Shown in pieces: positions 13,501 to 25,763 of a stretch of DNA of 64,000 nucleotides. The notes beneath the pieces are model-generated. The model worked only from the letters and a program-made list of their open reading frames with translations, ran no database searches and had not been told where the DNA came from. Source of the DNA: Oculina patagonica (taxonomy: Eukaryota); NCBI RefSeq assembly GCF_052425735.1, contig NC_135769.1, positions 5,394,001-5,458,000 of the forward strand, in the 5' to 3' direction. Position 1 is the first letter of the stretch, and each line of letters opens with the position of its first letter. The position numbers were made by a program, and so were the translations under genes.

Positions 13501-16500
13501 ATGGATATTTCCTTGTATTTGAATGAGCCCTGCAGGCTCCATGCTCATCAAATAGGCCATTTCCGAGTTACCTTAAACCTCTGCTTCAAAACAAGTCTAC
13601 GTACGAAACCATTCATATGAAAATGAGTTTCACCTACAGGTACATTTTTCATGCAAATCAATCTCATTTTTATTTGAATGATTTCGCACATAGACTCGTT
13701 TTGAAACAAACAGAGGCAAAGGATAACTCGGAAATGGCCTATTACACCACATCTCATCAAAAATGTACAATGGTACTACATATAAACACAAAGTTATTCT
13801 AATGAGAGCTATATTTATTTATTAATTAACAGGCAGTAATCCAGGAGGTTGTGTTTCCATTGATGTGTTACACCGAGGAAGATGACGAACTCTGGCAAGA
13901 GGATCCTTACGAGTTTATAAGAGTTAAATATGGTGAGGAAAGAAATATAAGTCCTTGTGGCAAAAAAATGTCATTTTTCTTTGCTGTTTTCTGCACAGTC
14001 CCATAAAATTATTGATTTTAAATTGGGAGGCATGGTGGCCTAATGGTTAGTGTGCTGGACTCTGGATTGAGTGGTCTTGGTTCGAGCTCTGGCCAGGGTC
14101 ATAGTGTCGTGTTCTTGAGCAGGACACCAGGATGTTCATTACGCATCGGAGATGGGAGAATTCTCCCGCTACTATGTAGAATTCTCCGGCTAAATTTCAA
14201 AGGCCTGCACCTATTTTTTTATCAAGATGCAGAACCTTTAGAAATTATTCTCCGGTTAAATAACACTACTCTCCTGCTATTACAATTCTTAATGAAAACC
14301 ATGGGACACTTTACTCTCACAGTGCCTTTTTCCACCCAGGTGTATAAATGGGGTACTGGCACATTTGATGCTGAGGGTAACCCTGCGTTGGACTAGCATC
14401 CCATCCAGGGGGGAGTAGAAATACTCCTAGTCACTTCATGCTACTGAAACCAGGATAAGCTCTGGCCTGATGGCCCACTACTGGNNNNNNNNNNNNNNNN
14501 NNNNNNNNNNNNNNNNNNNNNNNNNNNNNNNNNNNNNNNNNNNNNNNNNNNNNNNNNNNNNNNNNNNNNNNNNNNNNNNNNNNNNNNNNNNNNNNNNNNN
14601 NNNNNNNNNNNNNNNNNNNNNNNNNNNNNNNNNNNNNNNNNNNNNNNATTACGGAAATAATAAATGCAATCTTACCTCCCATTTACAGATATCTTTGAAG
14701 ACTTTGTCTCACCTGTAACTGCTGCAGCAACTCTCCTTCACACTGCCGTTTCAAAACGAAAACAAGTCCTTGATCCTACAATGGTGTTCTGTGTACATGT
14801 TCTTAACCTGCCAGCAGAACAGCGGGACCCGCGGCAGAAGGATGGTGCTCTTCACATGATTGGAACATTAGCTGATGTGTTACTTAAGGTAATAAAAATT
14901 TATAATATTATTATTATCAATTTTGATTTAGAGCAGGGTTTGACAACTACATTATTCTAGGGAGCCTGGGAGAGAAGGGGCCAGGGACTCCATGGATGGT
15001 GAGAGAAGAGATGGCAGTAAGAGGGATTCCCAAGGTGATAAGAACTGGGAGAAATTGGGGGAAATCTTGGAACATTGCTAAATATTTTGCAAAAGAAATA
15101 CATTGTTGCATATTGGTACATGCAAAAGGACGGGGAACCACTATAGGGGGTGGGGAACGGAAGTACCCCCAGTGCATTTAGGACAATGTGCCCTCCCCCA
15201 GGGATAAAAATTGTAATAAACTACTATAACAACTTTCAGGGCTGCAAATAATTTTTTCGCTTGAAAAGACATATGTCCTTCAAAGAGACCATCTTGGTCA
15301 GACAAAACAAAATTGTGGTCGGACAGACTTTCATTCATTGTTGCTGTTAAACGATTTATGATAGAGAAATCGTCTGGATATCATGTCCGACCACACTTGG
15401 GATTTTGTCGGACATGAGTAAATTTTGGTCGGCCAATTGCTGATGACCGACTGTTATTTGCAGTCCTGAACATTATATTGCTCAAGACTGCTTACCACTG
15501 GTATTGTAAGTTATTTTTGATTGTACTCTTTTTTTTGGTTTCAGAGAAAAATGTACAAGGTGCAGCTAGAAAATATGTTAGTCCAACATGTTTATCCCGA
15601 GTTTAAAAATCCACAAGGTTATCTTCGAGCCAGGGTAGGTGGAACTTAAGTAAAAGTGGTTCAACTTTACCCTCGGTACAATTTGGTATTTTCCTTTGTT
15701 TTGGTGAATCGTTAAATGGTATTATGTAAAAAGGAATATAAAACACAAGAAGATACCAGACTGTACCACATTCAGTATCTGTTTGCTTAATGAATAATGT
15801 CTATTGCTTCTCCAACTTTAACAAACTCTCTTACATGTAGTACAGGTCTGATAATCAAATGTATTTTATTGTTCTTGCAGTTTAATATGCTATTATCCCT
15901 TACAATTGAGTAAAATAAAACAAATACAGTAAAAACCCGCTTATAAGAACACCTTTTTTTGGCGGTTCAGGCTGATTTGGTTCTTATATAAAGGGTTATA
16001 ATCTGCAAAATCAGTCTGTAAGTGTTCTTAAGTGTTCTTAAAAAAAGTTTCTTAAAATAAGGAACATACTAGGCTACCAATAGATGAAATCAATATATAT
16101 ATGCACACAATTGTATTTTAATTTTAATAAAATTGATAAATCAAGGCAATACTGTACTGTAATTGGGGTGGAACTATTATGTGTGCAATGAAAAGTAGTG
16201 TTGATCTTTGATATTTTTCCATATAAGAACAACTTTCATTTTTCAGGCTGAATGTGTTCTTATATAAATGGTACTTTATTTCCTAAAATCAGGCCTGGGT
16301 GTTCTTAATCCACTTGTTCTCATACACGGGTTTTTACTGTATGTGTTATTTTTTTAAGGCATGCTGGGTCTTGCACAGTTTTGGAGATATAACCTTCAAA
16401 GAAGAAAGAAACCTAGCCACCGCTGTGGATTCTGCCCGTATTTGTTTAACTGAAGATGATGATCCCCCTGTTATTGTTGAGGCCGCCATTGCTTTGCAGT

Positions 16501-17121
16501 TTCTCATAGAGAAACAGGAAGGATGTAAGTTAAACAAACCTTTGATTTGGGACTTACAGTACCGCTCAAAAGTAAGTTACCACCTCTCGTCTCGTTTCTC
16601 GCGAGACGAGTTTCTCGTCTCGCGAGAATCAACGAAGCGGAAATGTCTGGCATAAATTACGGCAATTATCTTACGAGAAAACGATTAATCTCTATTTGCA
16701 TCAGGGGTGTAGCTAAGAGCTGGCTGCTGGCTAATTCCACTGGTTGAAAGAAAGATTATCACCAGCTGAAATGTAACAAGAAAACAAAGATTTGGGGTAA
16801 TTTTGAAGGTACAAAGAACAGAAGAGCCAGCTGGGCTGTTCAGTGAGCCTTCCTATTACAAACATGTACTGCAACTGTACCTACAGGTACCTAATCAAGG
16901 AGTATGAAACTTGGTTTTCATGCAAAACGCTAGGGTTGTTTGATGGTCAAAATCAAAGTTTCCAGTGTTCAAGTTGGTCACAGGCAGTACAGAAGAATTC
17001 AATTGCAGCTGATATAATCAAATCAGCTGCTGATAAACATTTGCATGCATTCATTACTGGAGAATATTATGATTGCTTTTTCTTTGTGGGCACAAGGCAA
17101 AATCACTGCTTTCGAACATAT

Positions 17122-17156
<35 letters not shown>

Positions 17157-20100
17157 TATCATCATCATCACTCTGTTGTCTAATGCATTTCATTTGTTGC
17201 CCTAATTGTCATAAATGTAGCGACAGTATTGACAATACTAAAAATTAATTAATAGTGATTTTTGACAGTAAATGATAGATGAGCATTGGGGGTTAAGAAA
17301 GATTGCTTTTTTATTTGCTTGTGTAATTGTAGAAAAAAATATGTCTACATTTGAACATTTGGAATATTAATTTCATGTGTAATGTGAAGATTTTCCATTC
17401 TTTAACATTTGCAGCTAAAAAGTATATTGAACCACACGTGCGACAGATCATCCTGCGTAAGTTATAATTATTTTAATTTCTATCGTTTTATAAGTTAGTA
17501 GCATTTAACCTAAACCTTTAAACATTAATTTGTATTTTGTATTTTTGTATTCCCTTTATTACGTGATTTTCATGTGTCGCATAGTCCTAGAGAGTGGTAA
17601 AACCTTTCTTTTTGTTTTTACACTTTTTAGAACTGTTGAAAGTGATTCGTGAAACAGAGAATGATGATTTAACAGGAGTGATGCAGAAACTCATCTCCAC
17701 ATATGGAGATCAAGAACAAGTGGCAAGCATTGCCATAGATATCGCCAGAGATCTGGTGAGTCTGTTTAGAGTTTCCAGCCTGAATTGTGCCTTTGTAAAG
17801 ATGAATTCTTTAACAAAATCATATTAACTGTTTACACAGGCAGGCACCTTTGTTCAGCTGTTAGATGGTGATGATAGTGACGAGAAAGCTGTCACTGCCA
17901 TGGGAATTCTGAACACATTAGAGACAATGTTAAATGTCATGGAAGGATCTAAAGAGGTACAGTATGAGTGATAAATTGAAATTGGTTGGTTTGTTTGGCA
18001 TCCTGTTAAAGCAGTTCATGCCCTATGCTGTTACTTAATAGACGGGGGGACACTTGTGATTTCTCGCATGAAAACACACACTAATTGAATTCTTTTGATT
18101 CCTCATTTTTAGAATAAAAATTCTATCCATTCAAATGGCTTAGGTCATCCATTGAAAAAAAAACTCCATCTGTTTACCGTAATGATTCGATTTAGCGCCC
18201 TCCTTCCAATAAGCCGCCCCTTCCGAATAAGCGCCCCCCCTTCGAATGTGTTTTTGTCAATTAGCGCCCCTATTCCAATAAGCGCCCCGTTCTTTTTAGC
18301 GCCCCTATTCTTATGAGCGCCCCTATTCTAAGAAGCGCCCCCTATTGCGGATAACTGCCCCTACTGAAGTCGTCGACGTCGACTAGATAAACTCATGAAC
18401 ATTCACCGTACCGTACATGTATATGTGACCCTCCACGGGAAAACAGTGAAAAAGGTGAACGCACGGGCACGCCAAAATGGCACGCTAAACAATAGGCAGT
18501 GTGCAAAATGACACGCCAGCTTCCGAGCAGCGTGTCAGAAGGCACGCCTAATTAAAAATTTCTTTTGTTAGTATCGCACGATAAAAACAAAGGCGCGTGT
18601 CTTTTCGAACAATGTTCCGTGTCGAGCACTGTACTGTGCGAAATGGCACGCCAGCGTGTCAAATAGCACGCAATTCAAGTGTGCAAAATGACACGCTAGC
18701 CGTGTCAAAGAGAAACGTTTAACTTACCGTTCTCTCGTCATGTAAAACTATCACACGTACAAGCTTTGCAAAGTCAGTGCTCAATAAGCGTAGTTGTAGC
18801 GGCAGTCGTATAAGCCGACTTTCGAAACAAACAAATTAACATTGAATCGCAGATTTTCGACGAACCGAGCCTATTAATTGAGTATCAATTTCAAAGTAAA
18901 CGACAGAAAATCGGAGATAAAACCAGCGAAAGCTTACGTTAGAAACTAAAGCCAAATTTATCGTCACAAACGTTGTCGCTACGTTTCACCCGCCGACTGA
19001 CCCACCATGTTGACAAAATAGTCCTTGGTCCCAGTGTTTCGCGGCCGCGCATGGGCTGGTCAGGAAACGGGAAAATGACTACTCTTCCCGCCCAAGGCAG
19101 ATAATCGGGACGGGATTAATAGACTGCGAGCATTCTCTCTCATTTTTCTTTTAAATCCGTGGGACGAACGCAAAAAAAGCGAGCGATCGAGCGTGTAGTT
19201 CGGGCGGCGAGCTACTAGAAATAGCAAGCGATCGAGCGCGAAGTTTGAGCAGCGAGCTTCGCGATCGATTGTTCTTTAATTTTGCGTTCGTTTCAAAGAT
19301 TAAAATTTATAACGTTTCACATTAACCTTTCTCGCCCGCGGATTCTTTTCCCCCCGGAAACCTATAAACTTTGACATAATCACTAAGGAAAGTTCTTGTA
19401 CGATAAGAAAAGAGTAAAAAAATGTATTACTAGTTAAAATCTATCTGTCTTTGTAGTCTGCGAAGGACAGGTAGTTTTCTGCACTGAAAAGCCTTTTGTT
19501 CTTACACTTGACAATGGACTTACCAAAGTTGTGATAAGTAGGAGGTGATAACTTTTTTATAAAACGGGAGAGCGCGTGCAAAATAGAAAAAAAAAAAAAC
19601 GCGTGGGATTTTGAGAGCGCAAAGCAAGGATTTAGTGGGTCGGTATTTTTTTTTCAAAGCTTAGATTGCAAATTGCTATCGCGGTTTGAGTTCAACTCGC
19701 AATCAACAGATCTCGATGAACTGAATTCTTGCGAGCAATCTATATTTTTAAAGCACGATTAAATATCGTGGTTTCACTAATTGAAGTTATTTCTATTTTA
19801 TTTTCGCCTTATGCATAAGCCTCGTACGATCTGGAATTAGCTAACTGTTATGCACGTTCATCGGGTAAGAACGTAAGTTATGCGAGCTTGTATGTCTTGG
19901 TATGATAACAAAAAAATTGAAAAGCATTTTCTTTCTGTCTAGCATGTTTTTCTTTAGATAACTTCGACCCGTTCGTGCCATAAGAAGTTAAATGGGTGTA
20001 AAAGTTACAAACGAAGGCTGGTTTGGGGAGCCTGTCTTATCGCACGCGTGCGTGCCATATCGCACGCGTGTCATTTCGCACGCGTGTCATATCGCTCGTT

Positions 20101-21865
20101 AAGCGTGCCAAATAGCACACTTCTCTTAGATAAAAGCTTTAGCGTGCGAAACAATATCAACCGTGCCATTCTTTGTTTTACTTATTAAATATGCGCATAT
20201 CCGTGCGATGTGTGACACGCTTAGCGTGCCGTGCCATGACACGCGTGCCCATGCGTTCACCTTTTTCACTGTTTTCCCGTGGAGGGTCACATATGTTTAC
20301 TGCTAAAATGAACAATTCTTTAAAAGTAACTGAACTTTAAACAATTTGTTACTGTAACAGTTAATGTTATTGACAGTTATTTTAATATTTATTAAAATTT
20401 TGTTTGGAGCATTTGGTTGTTTCTCAAAAAAATTTAATAAGCGCCCTGTCTCGAATAAGCGCCCTCCCTTGAGGTGCCAAAGGTAAATAAGCACCCCGGG
20501 CGCTAAATCGAATCATTACGGTAAATGGATTGGGTCAACCTGTTTGAATTAGGTTACAGATGGCTAGAAAAATTCATTGTCACCTGTTAAAACTGCCCTA
20601 CGGCTACCCCAATATTGTTGTAAACCAAACTTTAAGTTCATGCATTTTATAGGAAGCAACATTATTTTTATCAAGTCATGTTTGCTACTTATACTGTACA
20701 AGCTTAACACAGTTTTATCTGTTTTCAGATTGTACATCAGCTGGAACAGGTCGTTATCTCTTTAATAGCAAAAGTCCTGGAGCTCTCTGTGATGGGTAAG
20801 GATTAACTTTGTACACAGATTACCGGTACACAATGCACACGCACTTTGTAGTTCCATTGAAAGTTTAAATGTAATGTTTTCGCATTTGTTATGTAACATA
20901 ATACAATGCTTACATTGAACGCTATCCCGGCCCTATGCCCACTTTGGGCTTTGGCCATAAGAGACTGAACGCTTTATAAATCCACCTTGTAACAACAACC
21001 GTTGCATTGACGATGATGGATGAAACTGTCAAAACATGTTTGTAAATTAAAGAAAGTTGTCCTGTTCCTAATTTTCTATAAATATATTTTTATTAATGCA
21101 TTTACTTTAATGCTACATACATTTCATTTATGATACATGTACAGTCTGTTTTGTGCCATTGTCCAAGTGAGAGTAGTCCTGAAAAGTACTGTTGTTAGTG
21201 ACTGACCCCGGGGGGGTACTGCCATGAATTTCGGATAGGGGTGTAGCCAAGGTTCTTAAACCCAGACCCTATTTAAGGATAAAGAAAGCAAAAATTGATA
21301 CCCTTTTTAAGGCCCAAAACCGAAAATGGCACCGTATTCTTGAAATGGGAGGAGAAGCGTTCCTTGACGACCCAAATAACGGCTAACCGCGCATGGCAAG
21401 ACACAAATCTTTATAAAATCGCTTTACTAATACCTGAACAGAAAATTCAGTTTTAAGAAACCTTTTTTTTCGTTAAGCTGGGCATTTATTGTAGCTAATA
21501 GAATTTAGGTACCCTATCTAAGGATTACACCGGGAACACATTGCCCCCGGGTGACTGACATTTAAACAACCTGAGCAGAAGTCATCTCCACAGTCAAGAA
21601 GATTACTATGAAGATGACTTTTATCCAGTTTGTCAAAACCTTAGTCACCAACAACAGTTCTTTTCAGAACTGCTCTCACCCTGAATATCACAATACTGAT
21701 ATACATGTACTACCTGTTCTCTAGCTGGGGATTTCGCTACTATAGTCACTTCTCTCCATGACACTGTGTTGGTATTGTAAAATTCATGATCATGCTTGGG
21801 GATGCAATGGTAAACGTAAATGTACTTCTTGAATCAATGGACAACATTGATGTTTATAACACCTT

Positions 21866-21896
<31 letters not shown>

Positions 21897-24800
21897 CATG
21901 TTCAGAGTTTTACGAAGATATCTTGTCTATCATCTGTACCTGCACATGTTTTGAGATCTCACCATCCATGTGGACAGTATATTATATGCTGTACGAGGCT
22001 TTCCAAAGAGATGCGTTTGATTATTTTGCAGGTACAGTATGTTTTTTAAAATGTGCTGTCTCTCTTGTTTCTAATTCTCCACACAGGACACTGTCAACAT
22101 TGTTGATCCTAGCAATATGCATTACGGTATTAATATTTACCGTACCCAAATTCGCAAGTAGCCAATCAGAAGCACGATCTACTGTCCTGATATCCTACGA
22201 TATCAATGCACTGACCTGATATGCCACCATATCACAGTCACTTTGAAGTAAAGTAGTGTTACTGTACGATGAATTGAAAAGAGGTTTTACCAATAGAACA
22301 GAACCCCGTAATCTAAATTTAGCGGTGTTTACCAGTCGTAAAAAGAGAAAAACTTTCCCGCCAAAACTAAACTTGAGCGCGCTCGCCAATTGTGCTATGT
22401 TTGCCGACAAGTACTGAGACATTCAGACTACGTCTCGCCAAAATACGAACCATGGCTCGACCAAACTCGCCTGATATGCCACCGAAGCGTACCAAAAAAG
22501 GTACGATTAGGTATAATAACAGGTCTACTAGCCTAGTTCTCTACAAGTGTTCTTTAAAGCTCAGTGGTTAGACCAGTGTACATAAGGTTAACAGTTTGAC
22601 TCCCATCCTTGACTGAGATTTTTTCTTTGTTCCATGCCCATACCAATAGAATTAATTTTACATCTTCCTCAATTCAGTTCTTGTGTTTTAACTATTTCCC
22701 ATTTGCCACAGAAATGATGCCATGTCTTCACAACTACATCACAGTGGACACGCCTGCCTTCTTAGCAAATCCTAAGAACCTAGAAATCATATATAACATG
22801 TGTAAAAAGGTATGTGCATACTAGCTATGCAACGTTTTCGAGTAGCAGACCATGAAATTTCCCACAAGTGACTTGATTTTTCTTTGTACACACACACGCT
22901 GCCGGCTAGGCTTCAGTTTAGCAGGAAAACTTGGGGACAGTGATGAACGCCGGGAAACTTCACTGAAGTTTCTCAGTGTTCATTACTTACTCTAGTTGAG
23001 TGAATTTGACCCGTTGGATACCGCAGGATATGCAACTAGTCTGCTGATTGGCTGTATTTGTATGTGAATCTGTGTGGATTGAAGTGTTTACTTCTCTTTA
23101 TGACATAAACTGCTTGGGAAAACCTTGCCAAGTAACAAGTGACACCTTGAGTGGCCATTTAGGATCAAATCCTGAATTTTGTTTCTTTGTTGCCTCATTT
23201 ATTATTAGTACAGTCAAAGCTCTCATAAGCGGGCGCGAACGAGAATGGTTTTCGTAAGCGGCCACTAGAGGAGTAGGGGATAGATGGCCGCTTACGGGAG
23301 CTTGCCCAGCTAACAATAACCAGACGGACGTGGATGACGACAAAACAAAATAATACTGAAATATTGTACTGTATTTACTGTAAAATCATTGTGATGAACG
23401 GCTATGTAACGTTGATTGATAAAAACAAGATACTGAGGTTGTTTATAGGATTTTCTTTGGTTTGTCGGCTTACGGGAGGTTAAAAACAAAGAAAAAGTCT
23501 AAGTTGTAATCTCTGAAAGTGTCCGCGGCCACTTACGGGAATGTAAAAATACAGAGTTTGTATGGGAGTTAAAACAGGGTTTCAAACAAGGCGGTGGTAA
23601 GTAGAGCTGTCCGCTTACAAGAGTGTCCGTTAAGAGAGCTACGACTGTATTCAGCAGATTTGACTTTTGATTTATACACTTCTCTTATCTCAAGATGATG
23701 ACAGATTCCTCATCACAAGAGGATCAACAGTGTAATGCAGCAAAGTTGTTGGAAGTGACAATACTTCAATGTCGTGGCCATATGGATCAGGTACTGTGCT
23801 GTCTGGTTCATGGTAAAATGTCATAAAAGTGTAACTGTACAGTTTACAATAATTATAGAGGCTAGTCAACAACTTTGGGTGTGGCAGAGGCTTTGTCCAG
23901 CACCTACCATTATGTCTCTTTTGAGTAGTTAGAACAAAATTTCAACAACATTTAAGTAATGAATTATTTGTTTGTTTATTTCTTTTAAGTGGCTTCCTTT
24001 CTATGTGGAGGCAGCATTGGAAAGATTGACAAGAGAGGTGAAGGAGAGCGAATTAAGAACCATGTGTTTACAAGTGGTAAGGAAGAATTCAATGATTTAA
24101 ATGTGGTCAGATTTTGTGGAACAGTACTTAATATAATTTTATACGACCACTACTCAATGTAGCCGAACTTCGTGCAACATTAACTGTGTTGGAATTACTA
24201 CACTGCCTGGATGTGATGCTATCTTATTCATGACAGCTTACTCCAAGAACATTTTCTAGATCGGTCTGCCCCCTGCGAACAATTTAACAATACCTATTGG
24301 AACATCTGGGTAGAGAGTGAGCTTGTGAGAGCAAACTATCTTGCACAAGAGCGTGACACAAACACAATGGCGAGCCTTATGAACCCTCAACTCAGACACA
24401 ACCCTGATAGAGTAACTATTTGAACACCTTTACATCCTCCTGCTTATATGCAAGATTGTCAGAAGCATACTTGTTTCAGAGATGTGGAGCTCCTCCCTCA
24501 CTGCAAACCATGGCATTAATCATTTTTTAATATTTTTGTGATTGCAGGCTATAGCAGGATTAATATACAATACTCCACTTCTGTTAAGCATACTGGACAA
24601 ACTTCAGTTTCCAAACACTAACGAAACAGTCACAGCACAGTTCTTCAGTCATTGGGTTAATGACTTCGACTGCTTCTTTGGGTAAGCTGACAAAAGAACA
24701 CTTGATATCAGTAAGGTTAACTGCTGCTACCTCTGTTGTGTTGGTTTTTCACTGCAACATTTCCCGAAGACAAGATCATACAAAGCAATCGCAACATCTG

Positions 24801-25729
24801 AGGAGCAAAGCTACCTTGAGCTGCGAGTAGGGCCGGCACCCGTGCCTGCACTAGTAGTCAGTCAGCAAGTCATCCTTCCACTAGTTAGGATTTAAAGGGA
24901 CTATGTCACCGATTTTACCAGATTTTTATACCGCCAAAATATATATTTGTGTCGCAGGAAACCTTAAAATAATAGTCCATTTTTATTACAAATTGCTATA
25001 TTACAGCACTGAAAAGTTCTGTTAACGAGCATCTTTGGCTGCAGATGGCTCGGATAGAAACGGATTGCAATTTGAAAAAGTTAGGCAAACGTTTTCAAGT
25101 TGTTTCCGTGTGTCTTTGAAATATCGATAATTATAGCCGTAGCTTGATTTCTATCCGCAAATTAAGGTAAAATGCGAAATCTCCGTGACATAGTCCCTTT
25201 AACAAATCTTTTGTGCAGTATGGTAATTGAAATACTTCGCTTGTTAGATCACAGTGTCATCTTCAAAACAGCTGTGTTACATAAATTCTTCTTCTTTCTA
25301 TTTGTTTTTTTACAGTATCCATGATCGTAAGGTGTTTGTGTTGGGATTCTGTGCACTCATGGATCTACCAAAAGAGATGAGGCCACAGGCTCTCCTGCAG
25401 TGCTCCCCCCAGATTCTCCCGGCCTTGATAGTTCTATTCCAAGGGCTCAAAAGAGCGTATGAAAGTAAGTTCTGATGCCAAGTACTTCTTACTGGTCTAC
25501 ATGCATGTCTTCTAGGACTAGTTATTGAGATTCAGACAGGCAGGCAGGCATACAGACAGACAGACAGACAGACTGACTTCAGGACAGGCAGACAGACAGA
25601 CTGATTTCTCCAGGATTAGACAGGCAGACAGGCAGGCAGACAGACAGACAGACAGACAGACTGACCCACAGACAGACTGACTGACTGACGGACAGACAGA
25701 CTGACCCACTGACTGACTGTCTTCAGGAT

Positions 25730-25763
<34 letters not shown>

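Noticed and set aside
14026-14100. tRNA gene
   Set aside because: The A/B boxes are the head of a SINE and continue into SINE body sequence; there is no intact cloverleaf.
18180-18720. CRISPR-like or iteron-like short repeat arrays
   Set aside because: These are subterminal repeats of eukaryotic DNA transposons; there is no constant repeat-spacer period and no cas genes.
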